Below are positions 7,002-15,004 of a stretch of 64,000 bases of DNA, one piece after another. Position 1 is the stretch's first letter. Each line of letters opens with the position of its first letter. The stretch lies in IMG/VR virus record IMGVR_UViG_3300032116_000104, positions 1-64,000 of that record. One strand, written 5' to 3'. The notes beneath the pieces were generated by a model that did not search any database, was not told where the DNA came from, and worked only from the letters and a program-made list of their open reading frames with translations. Both the position numbers and the translations under genes were made by a program. This DNA is from a virus.

Positions 7002-8927
7002 ATGTCATCCCTGTCACCTGATTTCCTTTCCTCATATTCCCAGAAAGTTGTGCCGTGGGGCTTCAACGGAATGGGAGAGACTGTTTTCCTCCGCACATAC
7101 AGCCGCCAGAAAGAGAATGGTGACAACGAAACCTTCGTGGAGACTCTTGCTCGCGTCATCAATGGGGCAAATGACATTGGTGCCGAACTCACCACCGAAG
7201 AGGCCGAGAAACTGTTTGACCACTGCTTCAACCTGCGTTGCCTTCCGTCTGGTCGCTCTCTCTGGCAGTTGGGAACCCCCCTCGTCAAGAAGTTCAATGC
7301 CACATCGCTGAACAACTGCTATTTCACCAACATTGAGAAGGTTGAGGATTTTGAACTCCTCTTTGACTACCTCATGCTCGGTGGCGGAGTCGGTTTTTCT
7401 GTGGAGCGCTCCAAGATTCACGAACTGCCGAAGGTGAAGTCTGGTGTTTCCATCGTCCATGAGCGGACCAATGATGCCGACATTATCGTTCCCGATTCCC
7501 GCACTGGATGGCGTCGCTTGCTCCACAGCGTCCTGAAGTCGTACTTTGATACTGGGAAGTCTTTCTCCTACTCCACGATTCTCATTCGTGAGTTCGGTGC
7601 CCCACTGAAGACCTTTGGTGGTACTGCTTCTGGTCCTGGGGCGCTCATTGATGGAGTGACCGACATTTGCAAGGTTCTTGAGAACCGTGCTGGCAAGAAA
7701 CTCCGCTCCATTGATGTGCTGGATATCTGCAACATCATCGGTCGCATCGTCGTGTCTGGCTCTTCTCGTCGTTCAGCGCAAATTGCCATCGGTGACCCCG
7801 ACGATGTTCTTTTCCTTCGTGCAAAGAACTGGTCGTCTGGCAACGTCCCCGCCTATCGCGCCAACTCCAACAACAGCATCTATGCCGACCACTATGACGA
7901 AATCATGTCTGAACTCTGGAAGGGTTATGACGGAACTGGTGAGCCCTACGGTCTTGTAAATCGTCGCCTTGCTCGCACCTTCGGTCGTCTTGGCGAGAAG
8001 AAGCAGGATGACTCAATTGAGGGATTCAACCCGTGTGCCGAGATTGGTCTTGCCGATGGTGAGTCGTGCAACCTCGCAACAATCTTCCTCCCGAATGTGG
8101 AGTCCAGGGAGCAGTTGCTGGAGATTTCCTACCTTCTCTACCGAGTCCAGAAGAGCATCACCCGCATGGAGTACCCATACGAGAAGACGACTAACATCGT
8201 GCGTAAGAACGCTCGCCTTGGTCAGTCGGTGACTGGCATCCTTCAGGCTTCTGAGGAGCAGGTCTCTTGGCTTGACGAGGCGTACATTGCTCTCCGCAAG
8301 GAGGACGCAGCGTGGTCGTCAATGAAGGGGTGGCCAAAGTCGGTGCGCCTGACCACTGTTCAGCCTTCTGGCACTCTCTCGCTCCTCCCTGGAGTAACCC
8401 CAGGTATCCACCCTGCCTATGCGCGCTACTACATCCGTCGCGTGCGTTTCGGTGCCGCCGACCCGCTGGTTGATGCGTGCCGTAAGCGTGGATACAAGGT
8501 TCAGTGGGACATTGGGCTTGATGGGCGTGAGGACCACACCCGTTATGTGGTGGAGTTCCCCTGCAAGTCGCCTGACAATGCCGTTCTGGCATCGGAGATG
8601 ACCGCTGTTGACCAGTTGGAGTGGGTCAAGAAGATGCAGACCATCTGGGCGGACAATGCCGTTTCTGTGACCGTCTACTACCGCAAGGAAGAACTGCCAG
8701 AAATCAAGCAGTGGCTCTCGGAGAACTACGACACGAGCGTGAAGTCTGTTTCGTTCCTCCTGCATACTGACCACAATTTCCCGCTTCCTCCTTACGAGGA
8801 GTGCTCGGAGGAGGAGTACCAGAAGATGCTCGCCAAGGTTGATTTCAGCGTTCCGCTGTACGTCCCCAAGGGTGGGGATGACCTGGACCTTGATAACTGC
8901 GCAACTGGGGCTTGCCCAGTCAGGTAA
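7002..8927 (+). CDS. nrdJ: Adenosylcobalamin-dependent (class II) ribonucleotide reductase, monomeric type
   Basis: RTYSR, SGR.LW, LNNC, LMLGGGVG, RRSA.I, NPCAEI, TTV.PSGT.S and C-terminal CATGACP. Confidence 0.95.
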   Translation: MSSLSPDFLSSYSQKVVPWGFNGMGETVFLRTYSRQKENGDNETFVETLARVINGANDIGAELTTEEAEKLFDHCFNLRCLPSGRSLWQLGTPLVKKFNATSLNNCYFTNIEKVEDFELLFDYLMLGGGVGFSVERSKIHELPKVKSGVSIVHERTNDADIIVPDSRTGWRRLLHSVLKSYFDTGKSFSYSTILIREFGAPLKTFGGTASGPGALIDGVTDICKVLENRAGKKLRSIDVLDICNIIGRIVVSGSSRRSAQIAIGDPDDVLFLRAKNWSSGNVPAYRANSNNSIYADHYDEIMSELWKGYDGTGEPYGLVNRRLARTFGRLGEKKQDDSIEGFNPCAEIGLADGESCNLATIFLPNVESREQLLEISYLLYRVQKSITRMEYPYEKTTNIVRKNARLGQSVTGILQASEEQVSWLDEAYIALRKEDAAWSSMKGWPKSVRLTTVQPSGTLSLLPGVTPGIHPAYARYYIRRVRFGAADPLVDACRKRGYKVQWDIGLDGREDHTRYVVEFPCKSPDNAVLASEMTAVDQLEWVKKMQTIWADNAVSVTVYYRKEELPEIKQWLSENYDTSVKSVSFLLHTDHNFPLPPYEECSEEEYQKMLAKVDFSVPLYVPKGGDDLDLDNCATGACPVR

Positions 8928-9203
8928 TCAGTGCTCTTTGAGCAGACCGTCTCGGATTACCCACAACTTGCAGATTGCTGAGGGGGAAATATCTCCCTCA
9001 ACAATCTCGCATTTGCGGCCACCGAGGAAAAAGACGCAGTTTGAGCAGACCATTCCCTGCTTGCCGAACGGGGAATTGTCCACATAGTGGGCGCCGTCAG
9101 ACTTGACTCCCTTGTTCCATTGACCAAACTTCTTCGCCACCTCTTCAAAGAGATTGTAGAGTTCAACTTCTCTTTTCTTCAGGCCGTCAATATTGTCAGA
9201 CAT
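8928..9203 (-). CDS. HiPIP-like four-Cys protein, copy 2
   Basis: Y...CSNCVFF....CEIVEGDISP.AICKLW; start at MSDN (9203). Confidence 0.7.
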   Translation of the reverse strand: MSDNIDGLKKREVELYNLFEEVAKKFGQWNKGVKSDGAHYVDNSPFGKQGMVCSNCVFFLGGRKCEIVEGDISPSAICKLWVIRDGLLKEH

Positions 9204-9552
9204 TGTCACCCTTTTGCCACGACTTGACGACACCATCTGGGATGACGGCAAACCTGCACTTGCCTTCTGGGGCAACTGGCAGAGCAATGATTCTGCACTG
9301 GTCTCCTCCCTGATAAAGCACGCAGTTATCGCACTTCACCCCGATACGGGCATCCTCGTTGCTGGATGGCTCTTCATATCCAGCCCATATGCCAGTTCCA
9401 TCCTGGTTGAACTTGCCGTACTTCTGGGCGATTGTAACGAGCGCGTTGGCTAAGTCTCTCTCGTCATCCGAAAGTTTGATTTCTGGCTTTCTTACCTCAA
9501 CACGCATTCCAGACAGAATCATGTTGATAAGGGGGTGCATTTTCTCTGACAT
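9196..9552 (-). CDS. HiPIP-like four-Cys protein, copy 1
   Basis: Y...CDNCVLY....CRII..PVAPEGKCRF; paralog of 8928..9203. Confidence 0.7.
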   Translation of the reverse strand: MSEKMHPLINMILSGMRVEVRKPEIKLSDDERDLANALVTIAQKYGKFNQDGTGIWAGYEEPSSNEDARIGVKCDNCVLYQGGDQCRIIALPVAPEGKCRFAVIPDGVVKSWQKGDNV

Positions 9553-10223
9553 TACTTCTTTTTCTTTCTTTTTTCGTAACGCTCAAGCATGCGCCTACCC
9601 TTGGCTGCAAGTGCCGCAGCATCCTCTGCATTTTGCGGAACTGGTTCACCCCACGCTGCTGCCGACAGGGCAAGCCTAGTTGGGCGTCCTTTTTCGTCCT
9701 TCATTGGCCCAGAGGGGTTTGTAAAGAACCTGGTCAAGAAGGAGCCCTTGCGTCGCAGTTTCTCTGGCGTATCTGCTGGACCCATTACCCCTGGCTTGAG
9801 ATTTGCCCCTTCTGTTCTCTTGAAGAACTTTCTTCCAGCGGCAGTTAGCCCACCCTTAGGGTCCTTGAGTCTTGCTCTTTTGTAGTGGACGATATCTGTC
9901 TCTCTGGCAATGGCCCTTTTCATTCCAGGCTCACCGAGTTGACCAATGGCAAGCCATTTGACTTGGGCGATTAGTGCTGGAACGGAAGTGTCTCTTGAGT
10001 GTCTTGCAATCCACGCATCTCTTAGGTCAAGCACCTTTACTTGCTCTGGAGTCATGGCATACCCGTCTTGCTCTACAATCTCCATGAGGACATTGAAGAC
10101 ATAGTCGCCAGCAGTTCCGCTTGACTTCTCCCATAGTTCTGGATAATGGGTTTTCAGTTCAACAGCGTAAGATGGGTCAAATACTGCCGACCCTCTATTG
10201 TGGATGTAAAACTCGTCAATCAT
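9552..10223 (-). CDS. Head-region protein with basic C-terminal domain (DUF6321-like)
   Basis: KDPKGGLTAAGR.......NLKPGV......RRKGSFLTRF.....DEKGRPTRLAL...AW; start chosen at MIDE (overlaps upstream stop). Confidence 0.7.
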   Translation of the reverse strand: MIDEFYIHNRGSAVFDPSYAVELKTHYPELWEKSSGTAGDYVFNVLMEIVEQDGYAMTPEQVKVLDLRDAWIARHSRDTSVPALIAQVKWLAIGQLGEPGMKRAIARETDIVHYKRARLKDPKGGLTAAGRKFFKRTEGANLKPGVMGPADTPEKLRRKGSFLTRFFTNPSGPMKDEKGRPTRLALSAAAWGEPVPQNAEDAAALAAKGRRMLERYEKRKKKK

Positions 10224-10476
10224 TTTTCTCGTTCCGCAATTTTTTCTTGGAGCCAATGTATTCAGAAACCATAGAGTTCAGTAACTCATACTCCTCTTTT
10301 GAGTCCTCAGGAAGCGGGCCATATACGGACTCCCAGGCTTCCTCGTGAGGCATGAACTTTTTTAGTTTTTCATATTTTGCTAGATTTTCTAGATACTTAT
10401 TTCTAGATGCTTCCATTTCCATAACACGCATCATGAAATCATATTCTGATTCATTAGTTCTTTTTTGTGGGAGCAT
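10216..10476 (-). CDS. Hypothetical protein
   Basis: 86-aa ORF within the operon. Confidence 0.65.
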   Translation of the reverse strand: MLPQKRTNESEYDFMMRVMEMEASRNKYLENLAKYEKLKKFMPHEEAWESVYGPLPEDSKEEYELLNSMVSEYIGSKKKLRNEKND

Positions 10477-10477
10477 T

Positions 10478-10639
10478 TCAGTCTTCTTCGTAATTCTCTT
10501 CGCGTTTTTTCTTTTTGGGCAATCTAATACCGTTGTCTATTGCCCAGTCCTCAAAGTCGTCTGGAACGCCTTTTGAGTGTGCAGCGTATCTTAGGTACTC
10601 TTCAATTGACTCGTCGCCATCTTCTGGATTGTAACCCAT
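10478..10639 (-). CDS. Hypothetical acidic protein (leaderless start)
   Basis: TATGAT 6 nt before ATG at 10639. Confidence 0.6.
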   Translation of the reverse strand: MGYNPEDGDESIEEYLRYAAHSKGVPDDFEDWAIDNGIRLPKKKKREENYEED

Positions 10640-10661
10640 ACAACAATCATAGCCCATACGA

Positions 10662-10697
10662 CAATCACCCCCAGCCAATTAAGACTGGGGGTGATTG
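10662..10697 (-). terminator. Hairpin, putative terminator after the oxygenase gene
   Basis: CAATCACCCCCAG/CTGGGGGTGATTG 13-bp perfect inverted repeat. Confidence 0.65.
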
Positions 10698-10745
10698 CCT
10701 CCCAAGGTAGCGGGAGAACTAATAGTATTTTATCATCTATTGATT

Positions 10746-11279
10746 CTACCCTATATCAACTATTAAATGAATCCTATCTATATTTGAGTTGTTCTCAATG
10801 GAGTGATACCTATCGGTATTGTCAATGACCCACACTTCCCCGTATGGGATGTGCATCAATTCATTGCCAACAGTGAATACACATCCAGGACTGGTTACTA
10901 CTGGGACGTGTATGCGATGAGTTTTCTTGCTTATTGTTCCAACGTCCTTGTGTCTTGGTATTTTTCCCCCAGCCCTAAGTCGGGCAAAAAAAGCGCGTTT
11001 TATATCGCTTTCCCCGTATTTGGTAATGCCAAGACCTGCGACCTCATCAATATATTTGCTGAATATAGACATGTGTTCGTGTTCTTCCTGGGAGGCGACG
11101 GTGTCTACTTTGCCCCACAGGAGTGGAATTGTGTCCGTGTTGGCGCTTGCTGCTCCACCGCGATTCTTTCTTTCTTTGAACCCCAACCATTCCTCATTGG
11201 TTATTTTTTCCACATGTTCACGGAGGGATTCAATGCTTTCCAGTATTCCCAGTGGTACAAAACTCATTTCCTCATTCAT
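10746..11279 (-). CDS. 2OG-Fe(II) oxygenase, aspartyl/asparaginyl beta-hydroxylase family
   Basis: L..GG.I..HKD.......RIHVPV......GEVW.IDN...HSI.N.S..DRIHLIVD. Confidence 0.88.
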   Translation of the reverse strand: MNEEMSFVPLGILESIESLREHVEKITNEEWLGFKERKNRGGAASANTDTIPLLWGKVDTVASQEEHEHMSIFSKYIDEVAGLGITKYGESDIKRAFFARLRAGGKIPRHKDVGTISKKTHRIHVPVVTSPGCVFTVGNELMHIPYGEVWVIDNTDRYHSIENNSNIDRIHLIVDIG

Positions 11280-11290
11280 ATACACCGCCC

Positions 11291-11330
11291 AAAAGGAAAA
11301 ACCCCACCCTCCGAAGAGAGTGGGGTTTCC
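11291..11330 (-). terminator. Intrinsic terminator after the major capsid gene
   Basis: AAACCCCACTCTC-TTCG-GAGGGTGGGGTTT then TTCCTTTT; cUUCGg tetraloop. Confidence 0.88.
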
Positions 11331-11355
11331 CCTAACTAGATTGGCTAGTTGACTA

Positions 11356-12684
11356 TCAGGCCTCTGGAGCCGCGTCAAACGTCACCTTCACGAAGGCCTC
11401 TGGGCGCTTCACCGCGAGGGCAAGGCGCTGCTCGGCCAGGATGACAATGGCGTTGCGGACGAAGAAGTCCGAGTGCTGCTCTGAGATGCGGATGCTGGCC
11501 TGCTCACGGTCGTAGAGTTGCGCACCCGTACCGAAGGCACCGACGAGAGCGGTACCCTCAGGGATGGCTGGGGTCTCAACGACTGGCAGACGCCAGACTC
11601 GCGGCTCACCACCGAGGGCGACGGATACAGCGACCAGGTACTGGCCCTGTGAGTCCTTCGTCAACTCAATGTCTTCCCAGTCGTTCGGGTGGAGAACCAC
11701 ACCGCTCGGCTCGTAGTAAGCGAGGAAGGACAGCGTTGCCGCACGACGAATCGCATCAGCCTTGGTGTCGGGCACTGGGGTAACAGCGCCAGCCGACCAG
11801 TCATAGGTCTGGATGCCAGAGGTCTCAAGGACGCCAGTGAGGTTCTCACCAGTACCGTCGCCCGACAGAATCTGCGCATCCTCCTGGAGACGGAGGCCGT
11901 ACATGAGTTCGTTGTCAATGATGCTGCGGAGTTGCGGCTCATCGGCAAGCACGTTGCGGTGAGCAGCCTCCCAGTGCGCGATGGTGCGCACTGGAGCCTG
12001 GTGGCCCTCAAAGACCATTGACGACTGCGGCTTGGCAGCGAAGTTTCCACCTGAACGCTCAGCGACGGTCGCCGCGTTGTTGGTGCCACCGCCAGTCGTG
12101 GTGAAACCAAGCATGCGGAAGTACTCAATCACGGCAGCGGTCGTCGTGCGGGTCGGGAAGAGGTCACGGACTCTCTTGACTCGCATCGGCGGCACCACGA
12201 TTGGGTCACGCTGAATGGTACCGAACTCGCCAGGCGTACCCGATGGGAGGGCTGAGAAGACATCCTTCACGCGGTAGGCACCAGCAGTGGTGAGCGAAGC
12301 GCCGACCTGGAAAGGTGAAGGCATGTTCGCGCCATTGCGGCCACCCTGGAGGGACTTGAACTCGGCTGAATCCAGGAAGAGTTGACCGATTGTCTGCTGT
12401 GAGCCGAGGCCCTTCAGCGAGTAACCAGCAGCAGCGGCAGCGGCAACTGAATCGGCAGGAGCAGAGGTGCCCCACTCTTGAACCTGCGTGAAGGCCTCAA
12501 GACCCTCAATGAGGCCCTTGATTTCCTTGATGTCCTGCATGTTCTTGTCAAACGCTGACTTCTGCTCTGCAGAGACGACAACGGTGCCGTCCTGAATCTG
12601 GAATGAGTCTGCAATGGCCTTGTTGTCCGCCATCTTCTGGCGGAGCGCACCCTGCAACTCGTTGAGTCTTGACTTATCTGTCAT
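11356..12684 (-). CDS. Major capsid protein, HK97 fold, with N-terminal scaffolding (delta) domain
   Basis: AAKPQS, TIAHW.....LAD.PQLRS.ID..L.YGL...ED.QIL.GDG.G.NL.G, LHP.DW..I, F.RN....LAE.R.....RP.AF; AGGAG RBS; strong terminator. Confidence 0.96.
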   Translation of the reverse strand: MTDKSRLNELQGALRQKMADNKAIADSFQIQDGTVVVSAEQKSAFDKNMQDIKEIKGLIEGLEAFTQVQEWGTSAPADSVAAAAAAGYSLKGLGSQQTIGQLFLDSAEFKSLQGGRNGANMPSPFQVGASLTTAGAYRVKDVFSALPSGTPGEFGTIQRDPIVVPPMRVKRVRDLFPTRTTTAAVIEYFRMLGFTTTGGGTNNAATVAERSGGNFAAKPQSSMVFEGHQAPVRTIAHWEAAHRNVLADEPQLRSIIDNELMYGLRLQEDAQILSGDGTGENLTGVLETSGIQTYDWSAGAVTPVPDTKADAIRRAATLSFLAYYEPSGVVLHPNDWEDIELTKDSQGQYLVAVSVALGGEPRVWRLPVVETPAIPEGTALVGAFGTGAQLYDREQASIRISEQHSDFFVRNAIVILAEQRLALAVKRPEAFVKVTFDAAPEA

Positions 12685-12847
12685 TTGATTTGTCTCCTTA
12701 AAGACGTTTTGGGTTGGATGTGTTTTGACTGGCCTAGGTAAGCACCCAGCCCTATTGGAAATAATAACTTACTCACCAGTTCCGCAGTGCAACATTTAGG
12801 ACTTTATGGGTATTGCACTTATTTTTATAACTCTTGCTGCTATCAGT

Positions 12848-14593
12848 TCATCCCTTCTTGGAGGCAACTCCAGATAACTGCTTGTCACGACCATTGGCGT
12901 CTTTCTCCCACTGGTCGGCTCGGCTCTTTCCCTTAGCAAAATCCTCAAATTTGGGCCTATCAAAGATTTCCATGGCTTTGCCAGGAACCTTTCGGGCAAT
13001 GAGTTTCGGCACCCCATCGTCGGAATCATTGTCCCAAAGATAGAACTCGTCCATTAGTCCTTCACCGAAGGCCTCGGAAATTGAGTACGGAATGATTCCA
13101 GCCATCTTTCTGGCAAGCCTCACTGGTGTTTGCTGGGTGCTGGTTTGCGCCCTTCTTGTTGCCCGTCTTTCGGCAACATCGTCTGAGGCATAAACGAAAT
13201 GACCAACAGTCCTGTACCCGCTCCTCTTGGCGCCGCGAAGATGCTCCGTTCTTCTGCCAGTTCCCTGAACTATCACGTCCATCCCTTCGGACACCGCATC
13301 TTTAATGATTTTGTCCGTGGCTACTCTTGATGTGTTGTGCACCGCCTCAATACCGCGCCCATCGTTAAATCCTGGTATTCCGAGTTTGACGAAATCTGGG
13401 TCAACATGGGCAGCCTCATCGTCGTTCGGTATTAGGCCGTTGGCCTGAAGGTGCTTTTCAACAACAGTTCCCTTTCCAGAACCAACCGTTCCACCAATGA
13501 AATATGTGGTTTTCTGCCCTGGCTTATTGCGGTGTTCTGGGCGAACCCTTCCGAGGATTATTCTCCCCATTGCCCTTCCGCCGAGTTCAGCATATGGATT
13601 TGCTTTTGTAGCCTTTGGATTATCAGTAGGCGGAGTAGTTGAAGAACGAAGGCCAGCAGGCTTTGACATTGAACGAGCAATAGAGGCTCTTTCCTTGGGA
13701 CTCAACTCAGCGATGGCATCAATTGAGGGGCCGAATCTGTCCTCTCTCTCCTGCTCGGACATTGAGTGATACCACTCTTCTGCTGGCGCTCGCCTCTGCT
13801 TTTTACCAGCGATGACGCCTACTGCTTTTTGAATTTTTCCCGTAACGGCAGGTCTCTGAAACGGCGTGTTGTCCTGAAGTATTCCGTCTCCATCACCATC
13901 TTCAGCCTTGGGGTCAAACCTGGCAGAAACATTCCTCAAAGTTCTGCCCAGGCCCTTGTAGTCGTGAAGTTCTTCAGCGAGTGACTTCTTTCGTGTTCTG
14001 GAAGAATCTTTTAGAACGGTTCTCACGGCTCTGGTAAAAGCCTGCTGCTGGTGCCTTCTTCCTAGTGGTGTTGTGCCAGCAAGGCGGTCATAGTCGCTCA
14101 TATTTGTGCATGGCATCCATACAAGTTTTCCACTTTTGCTTACTCTTCTTGATACCCCGATGCAGCCCATTTGGCGCGAGCGCTTCCTAGCCGACTCAAT
14201 GTCAGTGAAAACATCCATATCCTCATCTCTAGGGGAATATGGAGCCTGGATTGCCTTGACCGACATGCCACGGGATTCAATAGAAGCGGTTGCTATTGGG
14301 GCGGAAACAAGACCCCCAGATGGAAGAGTGTCAATGCCAAGAACACCTCTTTCGCGCAACTTCTGGAAGCCACTGCGACGCTTTTTGCCTTTCTTCTTTC
14401 TTCTTGAATTCCAGTTCTCAATATCATCTTGAGTAATCCTAGAAACCCCAGCCTTGCGCATCATGGCGTCTTTGTACTCTGTGAACGAAGAACATGGCAT
14501 CCATTCTCCGTGTTCACCAACATGGGCGCCAGAACAGCCGAGTTCAGAAGCAGCACGAAGTGCTTTTGCTTGAAGCGCTGGCTCCGACGACAT
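12848..14593 (-). CDS. Modular head-region protein: two GC...WMPC (DUF3721-like) repeats, DGDGD tag, GLRS, zeta-toxin-like P-loop kinase
   Basis: GCSGAH...WMPC and GCIGV...WMPC; FDPKAEDGDGDGILQDNTPFQRPA; FIGGTVGSGKGT...VDPDFVK...DVIVQGT. Confidence 0.8.
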   Translation of the reverse strand: MSSEPALQAKALRAASELGCSGAHVGEHGEWMPCSSFTEYKDAMMRKAGVSRITQDDIENWNSRRKKKGKKRRSGFQKLRERGVLGIDTLPSGGLVSAPIATASIESRGMSVKAIQAPYSPRDEDMDVFTDIESARKRSRQMGCIGVSRRVSKSGKLVWMPCTNMSDYDRLAGTTPLGRRHQQQAFTRAVRTVLKDSSRTRKKSLAEELHDYKGLGRTLRNVSARFDPKAEDGDGDGILQDNTPFQRPAVTGKIQKAVGVIAGKKQRRAPAEEWYHSMSEQEREDRFGPSIDAIAELSPKERASIARSMSKPAGLRSSTTPPTDNPKATKANPYAELGGRAMGRIILGRVRPEHRNKPGQKTTYFIGGTVGSGKGTVVEKHLQANGLIPNDDEAAHVDPDFVKLGIPGFNDGRGIEAVHNTSRVATDKIIKDAVSEGMDVIVQGTGRRTEHLRGAKRSGYRTVGHFVYASDDVAERRATRRAQTSTQQTPVRLARKMAGIIPYSISEAFGEGLMDEFYLWDNDSDDGVPKLIARKVPGKAMEIFDRPKFEDFAKGKSRADQWEKDANGRDKQLSGVASKKG

Positions 14594-14595
14594 AA

Positions 14596-14985
14596 TTACT
14601 TCGCAGAAGGGTATAGAGGATAGATGTCTTCGTTCCAATCATCTGGGACGATATTGTTCAGTTTCATGGCTGCTTGCTGAGCGTCATATGGATTTCCATA
14701 GCGCTTCTGATATAGACGCGCCTCTTCCAGGTCATCATCCCACTTCACTTCAAGAGTTGAGAATGGTCTATCCCACTTATCGGTACGTGTCATCTCTTGT
14801 TCAGCAGAAATTATTCCGTCCTGAAACTCTTTGCGTTTTGTGCGGCTTATCGTAAATGGCGGATAATCAAGAAGTATTGATAACTCCTTGTGCTTGCCGT
14901 GGAAGGCGGCCATCTGCTCTTCCGTAGCATTTGGCGGAGTGGCCCATTCGCTCTTGTAAATTGTGTTGTTTTCTTCCATGTCCAT
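14596..14985 (-). CDS. Hypothetical acidic protein (candidate immunity or partner protein)
   Basis: 129-aa ORF between two effector-bearing genes. Confidence 0.7.
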   Translation of the reverse strand: MDMEENNTIYKSEWATPPNATEEQMAAFHGKHKELSILLDYPPFTISRTKRKEFQDGIISAEQEMTRTDKWDRPFSTLEVKWDDDLEEARLYQKRYGNPYDAQQAAMKLNNIVPDDWNEDIYPLYPSAK

Positions 14986-15004
14986 ACCTTAGCACTACTG
15001 TCAA

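Noticed and set aside
7002-8927. Intron or intein in nrdJ (also checked terL)
   Set aside because: Both have normal length and contiguous motifs.
11279-11378. N-terminal extension of the oxygenase ORF to 11378
   Set aside because: It would run through the capsid stop codon and terminator hairpin; ATG 11279 is preferred.
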